In this document: positions 1-10,855 of the stretch, piece by piece
Numbering within the stretch: the first letter of the stretch is position 1
Layout: the number at the start of each line of letters is the position of its first letter
Source of the DNA: Naegleria gruberi
Lineage: Eukaryota
DNA length: 64,000 nucleotides
Assembly: GCA_000004985.1 (NCBI GenBank)
Contig: GG738847.1
Reading direction: 5' to 3' (one strand)
Translations under genes and position numbers: made by a program
The notes under the pieces: generated by a model
What the model was told of the DNA's origin: nothing
Database searches by the model: none
Seen by the model: only the letters and a program-made list of their open reading frames with translations

Positions 1-3
1 GGA

Positions 4-1119
4 ATGAGTGGAGGTGTGGATAGTAGTTTAACAGCTTGTTTATTGAAGGAATTTGGATTTGATGTTGTTTCATTGCATATGAGAAATTGGGATAGTTCTG
101 AAGAGGATCCTTCTAGAGAACATTGTACATTTACCAAGGATTGGAATGATGTAAAAGTTATTTGTGAAACATTTGGTATTAAGCACGTTGGATCATCATT
201 TCATCCTGTTGAATTTATTGATCAATATTGGAATGACGTTTTTGAGAAATTATTGGATGGATATTCAATAGGCCAAACACCAAATCCTGATTTATTTTGC
301 AACAAGTTTATCAAATTTGATGCCATGTTAAACTATGCAATTGAGAAAGGAGGAGCAGATTATATTGCAACTGGTCACTACGCTCAATTGGGATATTCTG
401 ATAATGGAGAAACATCAAATACTCATTTATTACGTGCTATTGATCATTCTAAGGATCAAAGCTATTTTCTTTCTTTTGTTAACAAGAAAGCATTTGAGAA
501 GAGTCTTTTCCCACTTGGGCAATTTTTAAAGAAAGAAGAGGTTAGAGTTTTAGCCAGAGACCACTTTAAATTCCCAAACGAGCTTTGGGGAAGAAAGGAT
601 AGTGTTGGTATTTGTTTTATTGGAAAGAGAAAATTCAAAGATTTTCTTTCTAAATATATTGACTCTTCTAAGGGAAATATAGTTTCTATTGAGGATAAAA
701 CAACAATTCTTGGAGAACACGATGGAGCATCATTTTATACGATAGGACAAGGAATGTGTCTTTCAGGAATGAAAGAAAAATGGTTTGTTTGTGAAAAAGA
801 CTTTAAGAATAATATTTTATATGTTTGTCCTGGAAATAATCATCCAAGTCTACTTAAATCAAGTTTTACAATTTCAAATTGTCACTGGTTAGAAAATATT
901 GATAATTCAAAGGAATACTTTGTTAAAGTTAGATATAATCAAAGAGAGCCATTTAGATGTAAAGTATCATATTCAAATGATTCATCTCTTTGTGATATTA
1001 CTTTAGCAGATAGTGAGGAACCTGCAAGAGGTATTGCTTCTGGTCAAATTGCAGTTTTATACGATTCTAATAGTCAATTCTCAGAACAGATTTGTGTTGG
1101 TGGAGGAATTTACATTTGA
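4..1119 (+). CDS. tRNA-specific 2-thiouridylase (MnmA/TRMU/MTU1 family), 5' end probably truncated by the window edge
   Basis: PP-loop motif SGGVDSS lies right at the ORF start; in bacterial MnmA it is preceded by about 10 residues and eukaryotic forms carry a presequence. Downstream motifs (NPD..CN..IKF, ATGHY) match MnmA. Stop is TGA at 1117-1119. Confidence 0.85.
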   Translation: MSGGVDSSLTACLLKEFGFDVVSLHMRNWDSSEEDPSREHCTFTKDWNDVKVICETFGIKHVGSSFHPVEFIDQYWNDVFEKLLDGYSIGQTPNPDLFCNKFIKFDAMLNYAIEKGGADYIATGHYAQLGYSDNGETSNTHLLRAIDHSKDQSYFLSFVNKKAFEKSLFPLGQFLKKEEVRVLARDHFKFPNELWGRKDSVGICFIGKRKFKDFLSKYIDSSKGNIVSIEDKTTILGEHDGASFYTIGQGMCLSGMKEKWFVCEKDFKNNILYVCPGNNHPSLLKSSFTISNCHWLENIDNSKEYFVKVRYNQREPFRCKVSYSNDSSLCDITLADSEEPARGIASGQIAVLYDSNSQFSEQICVGGGIYI

Positions 1120-1124
1120 AGAAA

Positions 1125-1577
1125 TTAAAATCTTTCTTCCAAATATTCTCTTTCAGCTCTGGATGGAGAATAAGTGAAAATATCCTCATTTGGTATTGAT
1201 TTCTTGGTTGTTTTTGATAACTTTTCAATACGTTTTTTGATATCAGGTTTTTCTCTTCTTAAAATTACTAAACTTTGAATTGGATGAGAGAGTAAAATAT
1301 TTGTCATGAATGATAACAAATTTTGGTCCATTTGTCCAATAATATTTTCAGTAAAACTTCTTGGATTTAATTTAACAGAAATTGTATTCTTGTCATTATC
1401 ATTAATTGTTGTAGTAGTTAATTCTTCATAATTTTTAGGACCAATAATTGACCGTATTGTATCTGTATTAAATAATAAAATAATTTTTGTGGCATTACTG
1501 GCTTGATGTTTTCGGGATGAATAAATTACATTCCACACAAATTTAAAAATGTTGATAAATGATTGAATTAAAGTCAT
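1125..1577 (-). CDS. hypothetical 150-aa protein
   Basis: A 453-nt stop-free ORF in AT-rich DNA is very unlikely by chance. A true ATG sits at 1577 in an aaaaaaaATG context. No family recognised. Codon usage is more AT-biased than its neighbours. Confidence 0.6.
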   Translation of the reverse strand: MTLIQSFINIFKFVWNVIYSSRKHQASNATKIILLFNTDTIRSIIGPKNYEELTTTTINDNDKNTISVKLNPRSFTENIIGQMDQNLLSFMTNILLSHPIQSLVILRREKPDIKKRIEKLSKTTKKSIPNEDIFTYSPSRAEREYLEERF

Positions 1578-1582
1578 TTTTT

Positions 1583-4500
1583 TTATTGTTTCTTGAGATC
1601 ACTCTTAATCTTGTCAACAAGGGCTGCCATGGCATCTTCTCCTGAACCAACTGCTGAGATCTTAGCACCTAGACCTTTTGCTGGTTGTTTCTTCTTTTTT
1701 GCTTGTTCTCTCTTTATCTTGTCTAATGACCTCTTAATAATTTCATTAAATAAAAACATGGATCCAAAGAAGTCTTTTGTGTCAACTTTTGCAATATCCT
1801 TATCCTTGAATGAAAGATATTTAAGTAAACTAGTAAAGTTTGTCTTGAATTGTTCAAATCTCTTTTCAATAGTATCACATTCTTGTTTGGCTTTCTTGAA
1901 GAAGGAAGACATTTTCTTTAAAAAGATATCTTCAGCTTCCACTTTTCCTTGAACAGTTTTGATCTTCTTCTTAAAGTCATTCAGATTGTTGACAAGAGAT
2001 TCAACTTGATTTTTCATATCATCCAACGAAAATTCTTTAGACCTAGAAAAAACTTCGAATTCTGTTGTTATTTCTTCAAACTCTGCATCTTTTGGAAGAA
2101 CTTTTTGAACACAAAAATCTGCAAGGTTTCCTTTTGCGTTATCCTTTGTGTCTTCGAGCTTTGATAAGATATCTAATTGAAAACCTTCTGCTTGACCTTT
2201 CTTTGTGCCACCGTTTAAATAGTTACCAACAGCTAGAACAATACCTAAAATGTTCTTGAAATGAGTTGATTCTTTTAGAATTTTAACAGAATTTTCAAAT
2301 GTTTCTAATGGTTTTCCAACAATAAGCAACCCTGTTTCAAATTGTAAAGTATACGTCCAACATCTAATTCTTGTAGCAAATTCTGGTGTGTTAATAATAC
2401 AATACAAATACAACTCTGGATCGGAATATTCCTTCAAGTCTTTTGTTTTGTGAACTTCCTTGAATCCATTGATGGTATCAGCATCAGGCATATTTCCTAG
2501 TAATAATTCTACGTGTTCATAATTTAAAATTGTGCTGTCCAAGTTTAAAACACCTTGCTCAATATGAGAAACTTTTGGCAGTTTTTTCAACATGATAGAG
2601 ATGTTATTAAATGTCTTTTGATCCAACAATGGGACTGATTTTGGTTCTTCCTTTTTTTCTTTCTTTTCTGGAGCTTTTCTTTCCTTCTTTGAAAACATTT
2701 CTTCAAATTCATCAGCATCCAATTCCTGTTCTACCACATTTGTCCAAATTGTATTTTGACTTATGAGGTTAGTTTCCTTATTATTTCACTACTTACATTG
2801 TTGTTGCCTTATCCCATGAAAACATTTTCATCTTTTTCTTTGGCTTAATAACTGGTTTGACAGATGTTGCAGCAGCAGCTCCACATGAAGGGAATCCAGG
2901 TACTTGAGGTACACCAAATCCTGGTGGCATTGGCATTCCACCCATTCCTGGAGGAGGAACAGGCACACCAAATCCAGGAGGCATTGGAACACCCATACCA
3001 GGAGGAGGAGGGACGCCACCCATACCAGGAGGCATTGGAATTCCTGAACTAGGAGGAGGTGGTACACCAACCATACCAGGAGGCATTGGGATAGTAGATC
3101 CAGGAGGAGGAGGAACACTACCCATTATAGGAGGAGGAGGAACACCCATACCAGGAGGCATTGGAATTGAGCTACCAGGAGGAGGAGGAACACCAAAACC
3201 AGGAGGCACTGGAATTACCGATCCTGGTGGAGGAGACATTACTCATTCCTGGAGGCATAGGGATAGTAGATCCAGGAGGAGGAGGAACAGAGCTCATACC
3301 AGGAGGCATTGGTATCGAGCTACCAGGTGGAGGAACACCACCAAAACCGGGTGGGGGAGGTATTACTGAACCAGAAGGAGGAGGAACACCACCAAAACCA
3401 GGAGGCATTGGAATTCCCGATCCTGGTGGAGGAGGAACATTACTCATTCCTGGAGGCATAGGGATATCAGATACTGGTGGAGGAGGAACATTACCGACAG
3501 GTGGAGGAACAGATGTTGGCGGTACTGGAATAGTTGGATTTGACACAGGAGGGACTGATGTTGAAGGAGTTAGAGTTGTCGGTGGAGTATTGTTACTTGA
3601 CTGTGAGACTTGGTCGGCCAACTTTTCTGCATTTTGAATTTGCTGCTCGATTTCCTTCTGAAGATTCAAGTTATTGCTGGTGGCCTCTTTCAAGAGTCTA
3701 TTTGCGTTAGCCACTTCTTTTTTGAGGTTTTCGAGTTGCCTTGTTGCATAGTCAGCTTCTGCAAAACTTCTTGTTCTTTCATTATCTAATTCTAAAGAAA
3801 GTTCATCAATCTTTCTCTTTAAAACTTCAATTTCTTCATCTCTTGGGTCATCTTCTGGAGGCAGAGGCAATTCATCCTCTGAATCACTAGCAAAAAGCTC
3901 ATCAATTTCATCTTTCTTCACTTCTGGTTGTGGAATAATGTCCGCAAAGTTTGGATCCTTTAAAAATTGTTTGGCTAGCTCCTTTCTTGCTTGTTGAAGC
4001 AATTGAAATTGTTCAGTTAATTCAAGATTCTTTCTTTGGAACCTGCTAAGATCAATTACTTTATCTGGGGAGAATTCTAAAACAGCATCAGTATCAAGTC
4101 TTTGAGAAGTACACATTCTATCAGTAAATCCACATTTCATTGAAAAAATGTTTACAGTCTCGTAGCATTTTTGAAGCTCTTGTTTGAGAACTCTAATTGT
4201 GGATTGCTGTCTTTGGAATGCAAATAGTTTTTCTTGTGTTTGTTCATATTTACAAGAAACCTTGTCTAATTCAATCTTCATTTTCTCGCAAACATACCAT
4301 GATCTTGGTATTTCAATCTTCGAGATCTTTTGGAAGATTGATAATTGTTCTTTAACACCAGGAAATTCTGACCTATTGGCAAAATCCAATGTACTTTCCA
4401 GGTCAGCCTTTCTCCACATGAAGAGTAATTTTCTCTTCTTGTCCTCTGAAGACTTTGAAAGTATAACGTTAAGTAATGTCAAGCAATTTACTTGAACAAG

Positions 4501-4992
4501 CAAATCTCCACTCTTCAAAATATCCATTATGTTTTGGAAAGGTTGTTGTTTGCATTTAGTTGCAAGATCTTTTGCTGATCTTTTCACTAATTTAATACCA
4601 TTATCCAAATAACTACAGAAAACAATCATCAATTCTAAAGCATTTTTGTAAATCTGAACATTTTGATATCCACTTGAGGTATCAGTCAAGTTATAAATTT
4701 CTGAAACAGTAGAAGGAGATTGAGAAATTACATCCATGGCAGATACGTAAACTAGGGCACTTCTCAATGCGGCTAAACCATAACCTTGGAGGTTACCTTT
4801 CAGATGTGTAACTTCTTTTGCTAAAATGGCAATACCATTCATAGAAATAAATTCTTCAGAAAAAGTGGTATCTTGCAATGTTTCCTTCAATTGAAACAAT
4901 ATTTTACCCTTTTCAACTCTATCATCCGAGTCAAGAATATTGATATAGTCCCTAGATTTTAATTCAGGTCTTAGTTTTAAATAAGCAGACAT
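1583..4992 (-). CDS. diaphanous-type formin (GBD/FH3 - coiled coil - FH1 - FH2), gene model with one 37-nt intron and a frame discontinuity inside FH1
   Basis: N-terminal ORF 3172..4992 begins MSAYLK and carries armadillo-like GBD/FH3, a coiled coil and an FH1 with tandem (P)PPGMGGVPPPP repeats. ORF 2793..3239 continues FH1 in another frame and ends KKKMKMFSWDKATTM, the start of FH2. A GTAAGT...CTAAC..AAG intron at 2760..2796 splices in frame onto ORF 1583..2737: ...KATT|IQNTIWTNVVEQELDADEFEEMF... with GNYLNGG, a typical FH2 motif. Exons are roughly 1583..2759 and 2797..4992, with a frame shift near 3172-3239. Confidence 0.8.
2880..3560. repeat. tandem DNA repeats encoding FH1 poly-proline units (about 48-nt period, ccaggaggcattgg...ggaggaggaacacc...)
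   Basis: Near-identical units are visible by eye. The reverse-strand Gly-rich antisense ORFs in the track (3161..3637, 2864..3052) are artefacts of this repeat. Confidence 0.8.
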
Positions 4993-5035
4993 TTTCTACA
5001 ACAATAAATCACTAGGCTAACAATTAAAAACAAAC

Positions 5036-5260
5036 CTCTTTTCCCTTAAAAAAGTTCTTACTAAGAGTACTATCGCTAAAATAATATGTTCCGGTACTAG
5101 GATTATCAAATTGTAAAGAAAATTTATCCCTCTTAACGTTTTGTATTTCAAACAATCCACACACATTGTAAAATTGAGCTTGAAATTCAGCCTTATCATC
5201 AAATTGATAAGACTTTTCAATTTTCTTTAAACCATCCTCGAACACAACTGCCAGTTCAAT
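5036..5260 (-). CDS. candidate 5' exon of the formin gene (or an independent small ORF), 75 codons
   Basis: ORF 5024..5278 looks protein-like (MIELAVVFEDGLKKIEKSYQFDD...). It ends ...KGKE followed by GTTTGT; 40 nt later comes TAG|AAAATGTCT, which joins in frame to the formin MSAYLK ORF. Putative intron at 4996..5035. Confidence 0.35.
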
Positions 5261-5898
5261 CATGTTTAATATCCACAAAGCAGGTTTTTAATATTTTTTT
5301 TAAATGATAAAAATTAAGGTCGCACTCACTTTGTGCACCAGCTGTAATGGAGAGACATTGCCTCTTCTCACAAGAAAAAAGGCTTTTCGAAAATTGGTTT
5401 TTTACTTGGAGGAGGAGCTTGAGGTGCATTTGGACTGTTGATAGCTCCAAATGCGGTGATAAAAACACAGATAGCATCTTTCTCAGAAATAATAGCACAT
5501 AATGGGTTCGTCTTGATGCCCTTCCTTATTATCAGTAAAGACGATCTTCTAATATTGTCTTGCTTTCTAAAGAAGCATTGAGTATGCTGTGTGCCTGCTC
5601 CTTTCTTCTTGTTGACTTTCTTCTGTTTTACTCCATTAAATGAGTGAAAATACCAATTGAACTCAATAAATCATTCAATGAATGCTTCCTCATTCATTGA
5701 GTGTAAACGGATGAGATACGTTCTGTCAGTGTCTGAATGTGATAGAGGTGATTTTCTTTCAAAGAAATAATTGTGTTCACAAAAATAAATTTCAGATTAC
5801 AAAATAATAAAGTAAGATTAGTAAGATTAAAAAAGAGTCTTAATTGAACCAGAATTGAAAAACTAAAAAACTTTTTAAAATAAATTAATTTAAAAAAA

Positions 5899-7659
5899 AT
5901 GTCTTGGAGTGATATGGGTTTACCTCTCTCTTTCGGAGGAAAGAGAACACAATCCGGTACTGCAAAAAAATCAAACAATTCATCATCGGAAACAAAAAGT
6001 TTAATCACAATATCTAATACTAACGATTTAAATGGAAAAGCAATTTCAAAGAATTTAAAATCAAATCAAGAGGAAAAGAAGCCTATGGTTGTTAGTCAAG
6101 TTAGACATTTCGAAGATTTGGAAGAGGATACAAGTGATAATGATGATTTTTCTTCTGGTAATGATTTTGAAAAGATTCCACTGTCACAAACTGCAAAGAT
6201 GAAAGGACATAGAAAAGCAGTAACTGCTATAGCAATTGATACAAGTGGATCTAGATTAATTTCTGGTTCAAGTGATTATACACTCAAATTTTGGGACTTC
6301 CAAGGTATGGATGAATCACTTCAGTCGTACAAGGAAATTGATGAAATAACTGAGAGTGCTTCTTATGCGATTAAGCATTTATCATTTAGTAATAGTGGTG
6401 ACAAATTCATATTATCAGACAATTCGTTACAAGCAATTTTATATGATAGAGATGGTGGTCAACTAGGTAAATTCAAAAAGGGTGATACTTATATTGTGGA
6501 CATGACAAAAACCAATGGACATACAGCTTCTTGGACAGGTGTTCAGTGGAATCCTGATCAATCCAATAGACATGTCATTTCTAGTTCTATGGATACCACT
6601 GTCAGAGTGTGGGATATGGAAACTTTCACAACAAAGCAAATTACTGTATTCAAAGCAAGAAATAGTAAGGGACTCAAAACCCCTGTAACTTCATGTTGTT
6701 ACAGCAATGATGGAAAATTAATTACTGCTGGATGCTTGGATGGATCAATACAAATTTGGAAAAATAATGGCAACCCAAACAAGTGTGACATGAGTTTTAG
6801 AGAAAAGGATGAAAGAGGATCTAGAATAACTAGTATTGTTTTCCATAATGATGATCAAACACTTGTAACAAGAGATGAGGACAATTTGAAAATATTTGAT
6901 ATCAGAAACTTTAATTCTCCCATTTCAGTTCTTGATAATCTGCCAAATCTTTTGGAAAATTCAAATTGTGTCTTTTCTCCTCTCAACGATATTGTTGTCA
7001 CAGTTGTGAGTAGCATATCACCACAGGATAAGGGATCCATTGTATTTTATGATTGGAAGAATGATAAAGTTGTAGATACTGTACATATGAATGATGGAAT
7101 TAGTCCAGTGCAAGTGAGATGGCATCCAATTATTAATCAAATATTTGTTGCTGGCACAGATAGTTCTATCACTGGATTTTATGATAAAGAAGTGAGCTTG
7201 AGAGGATTGGTTACAAGTACATCAAAAACATTCAAGAAGAAGAATATTGATCAAGCCGAAATGGTACAGCCACAAATTATTGCACCTTATGCACTTTCAC
7301 AGAATAAGGAACCAAAAAAGAAGGGAAGAAAAGATCCTGTTAGCTCTCAAAAACCAAAAGATCCACCTCCAAAAGGTCCTGGATTTGGTGGTAGAATTAA
7401 TGACAGCTTTACTCATTTCTTAATGAAAGGAATGGGTGCCATTAATCAATTTAATGAACATGAAAATGCTCGTGATGCCATTCTGAAACATGCAGCAGAG
7501 GCAGAGAAAAATCCACTATTTATTTCACCAGCATACTCCAAAACTCAACCAAATGCAATCTTTGATTATGGTGAAGATGACGAAAGTGAAGAAGATCAAG
7601 AGCAACCACAAGATGAAAATGATCCAGAAAGTAGATTCAAAAAGAGAAAACTAGATTAA
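5899..7659 (+). CDS. WD40-repeat protein, WDR70 family
   Basis: ATG in an aaaaaaaATG context. N-terminus GLPLSFGGKR.., WD repeats (LISGSSDYTLKFWDF..) and a basic C-terminus ending KKRKLD fit the WDR70 architecture. Confidence 0.7.
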   Translation: MSWSDMGLPLSFGGKRTQSGTAKKSNNSSSETKSLITISNTNDLNGKAISKNLKSNQEEKKPMVVSQVRHFEDLEEDTSDNDDFSSGNDFEKIPLSQTAKMKGHRKAVTAIAIDTSGSRLISGSSDYTLKFWDFQGMDESLQSYKEIDEITESASYAIKHLSFSNSGDKFILSDNSLQAILYDRDGGQLGKFKKGDTYIVDMTKTNGHTASWTGVQWNPDQSNRHVISSSMDTTVRVWDMETFTTKQITVFKARNSKGLKTPVTSCCYSNDGKLITAGCLDGSIQIWKNNGNPNKCDMSFREKDERGSRITSIVFHNDDQTLVTRDEDNLKIFDIRNFNSPISVLDNLPNLLENSNCVFSPLNDIVVTVVSSISPQDKGSIVFYDWKNDKVVDTVHMNDGISPVQVRWHPIINQIFVAGTDSSITGFYDKEVSLRGLVTSTSKTFKKKNIDQAEMVQPQIIAPYALSQNKEPKKKGRKDPVSSQKPKDPPPKGPGFGGRINDSFTHFLMKGMGAINQFNEHENARDAILKHAAEAEKNPLFISPAYSKTQPNAIFDYGEDDESEEDQEQPQDENDPESRFKKRKLD

Positions 7660-7784
7660 ATCTCCCTCTGTCCTTCATCATGGCGACCATTATTAAGATA
7701 TTAAGATCTAAGGAAGGATAAAATTAAAGTACTCTTTAGTCCAAAATAAAATCTATTAGATTTTTATGGCAAGATATCTTCAAA

Positions 7785-9065
7785 TTATTTCTTCAATTGT
7801 TCAAGTCTTTGAATTTCTTCCAAGTTTCTCTTTAGTTCATTCTTCAACTGTTCTCTGAGTGGTTCAATACATGATTCTACCAGACAAACCATACTGGCAT
7901 TGAAAAGGCCAGAATTATAGGCTGTTGTAAACATATCATTTGGATCACAATTTGATTTAGCCTTTTCAAATTCCTCAGTTTCCTCCTCTGTAATTAACTG
8001 TTGTATTTGAATTATTCTTTCCATAGAACGCTTAGGATAAGAACCATTCTCGATGACTTCTATTGGAACATCCATGGCAATTGTTCCTTCAGCCATATTT
8101 AAAACATCTAGATCAGAAATATCCATACTGTTATTTCCTCGTCTCAGATCCTCAATAAGCTTGATACTTTGTTCATCAATTCCAGCCTGTTGAGATTGAA
8201 ATGCATATAATTTAATACTTCCAGTACTCGATTTGTCATTATTAAATACAGAGAAAATTAATCCAACAAATCCACTATCCATTTGTTGATATTGAGATTG
8301 GCAACTCAAATCTATTGGACTATTAAAGATTAATCACTATTTTAACATTAATAATACAAACCTTGGTAAATGAATGAATTGTGGATGAGAGTGATACCAT
8401 CCAATAACTCTAGTGGGTATTCCATCTTCAGTGCTCAATTTTTCAGCCATTGAAGCTGCATTTACCAATTGTTCTGGAGAAATTTCAACTCTATCTCTTC
8501 TCTTATCCACTCTCCTCAGTGGACAACAATCCCATATTGTTGAAACTCCAGTACTTTCATTAATATATCCTATCAAAAGTCCCATAATTTCCTCTTCACT
8601 TGTTGTCAATGCATGAGTTAAACAGGAATGATAACAGTCCTTAGTAATCCGAACCATCCTCAACGAAGGTTGATTACTTTTGTGTTGATTAACATTAAAG
8701 TGACTATTAATCGTTAAATTAGGTGATGGAGTTGATAATGATCGTGGTGTCTTTACTCCAGTATTTACATTGGAAACAGATAGAGTTTCATGTGGTGTTG
8801 ATGATCCTCCACTTTGAATATTACCAGAAACTGATGATAATTGTTGTTGTATTGTATTGCTACTATTATTATTAATATTATCAGTATTCATCAATCCATT
8901 CGTCGTTGGTGTTGATCGTTCCGAACTTAATGGTTGTTGCTGTTGTTGTTGTATTTGTTGCTGGGAGGAAGATGATTGTTGAGTTAATCCTCCATTATTA
9001 GCATTAATAGCCTCCAAAACTTCATAGGGATTGTAATTTACATTGGGAGAAGTAGAATTGGACAT
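7785..9065 (-). CDS. BRCC36-like MPN+/JAMM Lys63 deubiquitinase, two exons (8362..9065 and 7785..8319) with a 42-nt GTTTGT...TAG intron
   Basis: Exon 1 carries the JAMM motif (..EISPEQL..VIGWYHSHPQFI). After splicing, the protein continues ..HLPSPIDLSCQSQYQQMDSGFVGLIFSVF, which closely matches human BRCC36 (..TQAMYQMMDQGFVGLIFSCF). I checked the reading phases. Confidence 0.85.
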
Positions 9066-9229
9066 TTTTATTTGATTATTTATTAAATTATTATTAAATT
9101 ATAATATTAAATTGTAAAATGATGACTGGTCAATTCATTGGTCAATTGAGAGAACTATATTAATTGGTGGTTCTTTCGAATTTAATTCTCTTTTACTCTA
9201 TGAATTAATATGATTAATATATTAAAAAA

Positions 9230-10855
9230 ATGTTTAAAAGTCTTCTTGTACATCAACCACATTCCAAAACTAATTTATTAAAATTATGTAAATATAATTT
9301 ATCATCACCATCTTTTAAAAGTGGAGGAGGAGGAATTTTATCAATCGGAACATCTACTGGTAGTAATAATGTTCTTTCGAATTCTTCTATGAATAATGAT
9401 ATGAGACATTATTCTTCTATTACTATTGATCCGATTCCTTTTACTTATCAACCACAACCATCATCACATGGACATTTAATGAAGGAAAATGAAATTGTGC
9501 CAGGATTTACATTGAAAGATTTTGAGGAAAGATTGAATAATTTATTGAGTATTATGGATGATAATTCTCTTTTCATTTTGGGATCTAAGAAGGAATCCTA
9601 TATGAGTCCAAATGTAAAATATCCATATAGACAGGATTCAAATTTCTATTATTTATGTGGAGTGAGTGAACCAGAGTGTTATCTTGTTATTAGAAAGAAT
9701 AATGAATCCTCACAGATAAAGCATGAAATTACTCTCTATGTAAGGGAGAAGAGTAAGAGAGAATTCTTTCATGGAGTTGTTAATGGAGTGGAATCTCTTC
9801 AGAAATTATTTGGTAATTTAATTGAAGTGAAACCTGTCAAGGGTTTTTTGAGAGATTTACAAGGTCATGTTAGAAATTACAATATTATTTATCATGACCC
9901 TGATTTTGATGAAGGATTGAGTGATTTTATTGTAAAATCTGGAGGTGGAATTGAAGAATTCAGAGGAGAAAAGCAAAGGAAGAAGGTTATTTATCCAGAT
10001 TCATTGGTATCCATGTTGAGATCTAGAAAGAGTGCCTCTGAAATTGCTCATATTAAGAAATGTGCCTCTATTAGTGCTCAAGCATTTACAGAATTGATGA
10101 AAAAGATTAGACCTGGAATGTCAGAAGCTCATGTTGAAGCAATTTTAGAATTTGAATGTAGAATTAGAGGAGCTCAAAGATTGGCCTATCCTCCAGTGAT
10201 TGGTTCTGGTGACAGAGCTAACATTATTCACTATTTAACCAATAATCATTTGACTCAAGATGGTGATTTGATTAGAATTGATGCAGCAGCTGAATATTAT
10301 GGATATATGAATGATATTACTAGAACATTCCCAGTGAATGGTAAATTCACTGCTCCTCAAAGAAAGGTATATGAAGCTGTTTTAGACATTCAAAAGAAGT
10401 GCATTGAATATCTCAAGAAGCATACTACAGAAACCATCACTGTTCATTCCTATCATGACTATTCATATAGATTAATTATTGAATCACTGAGTCAACATTT
10501 TAACATTTCCAAGAGTAAGAATGAATTGTGTCAATTGGCTGACTCTGTTGTCTATCCACACATGGTTGGTCATCCAACAGGAATGTGGATTCATGAAGAT
10601 ATTCCAACAAGGGATGATAAATTGGGTCCAGGAATGATCATTACTTGTGAACCTGGTATTTACTTTTCCAATCAAGTGAAGGAGTACATTCCAAACTCTC
10701 TATTGCATGGTATTGGTGTACAAATAGAAGATGATATTCTATTAACGGAAGATGGTATAGAAGTTTTAAGTCATGAAACTCCAAAGGAAGTGGAAGAAAT
10801 TGAAGAAATTATGGCAAGAGGAAGAGCACAACATCCAATGTATTTTAGTTTTTAA
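9230..10855 (+). CDS. Xaa-Pro aminopeptidase, M24B family (XPNPEP3/AMPP-like)
   Basis: AMP_N-like N-terminal half followed by a pita-bread catalytic fold: HYLTNNH, DGDLIRIDAAAEY.GY..DITRTFPVNGKFT, HG.GVQIEDD. aaaaaaATG start. Confidence 0.85.
   Translation: MFKSLLVHQPHSKTNLLKLCKYNLSSPSFKSGGGGILSIGTSTGSNNVLSNSSMNNDMRHYSSITIDPIPFTYQPQPSSHGHLMKENEIVPGFTLKDFEERLNNLLSIMDDNSLFILGSKKESYMSPNVKYPYRQDSNFYYLCGVSEPECYLVIRKNNESSQIKHEITLYVREKSKREFFHGVVNGVESLQKLFGNLIEVKPVKGFLRDLQGHVRNYNIIYHDPDFDEGLSDFIVKSGGGIEEFRGEKQRKKVIYPDSLVSMLRSRKSASEIAHIKKCASISAQAFTELMKKIRPGMSEAHVEAILEFECRIRGAQRLAYPPVIGSGDRANIIHYLTNNHLTQDGDLIRIDAAAEYYGYMNDITRTFPVNGKFTAPQRKVYEAVLDIQKKCIEYLKKHTTETITVHSYHDYSYRLIIESLSQHFNISKSKNELCQLADSVVYPHMVGHPTGMWIHEDIPTRDDKLGPGMIITCEPGIYFSNQVKEYIPNSLLHGIGVQIEDDILLTEDGIEVLSHETPKEVEEIEEIMARGRAQHPMYFSF

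Noticed and set aside
3161-3637. Gly-rich + strand ORFs (3161..3637, 2864..3052; also 60599..60862 and 60641..60949)
   Set aside because: They are antisense readings of the poly-Pro FH1 tandem repeats (CCN complement gives GGN). They are artefacts of repeat composition.
5256-5498. 80-aa minus-strand ORF upstream of the candidate formin exon
   Set aside because: No coding character (MLLFLRKMLSVFLSPHLELS..) and a non-ATG start. Promoter or spacer sequence.
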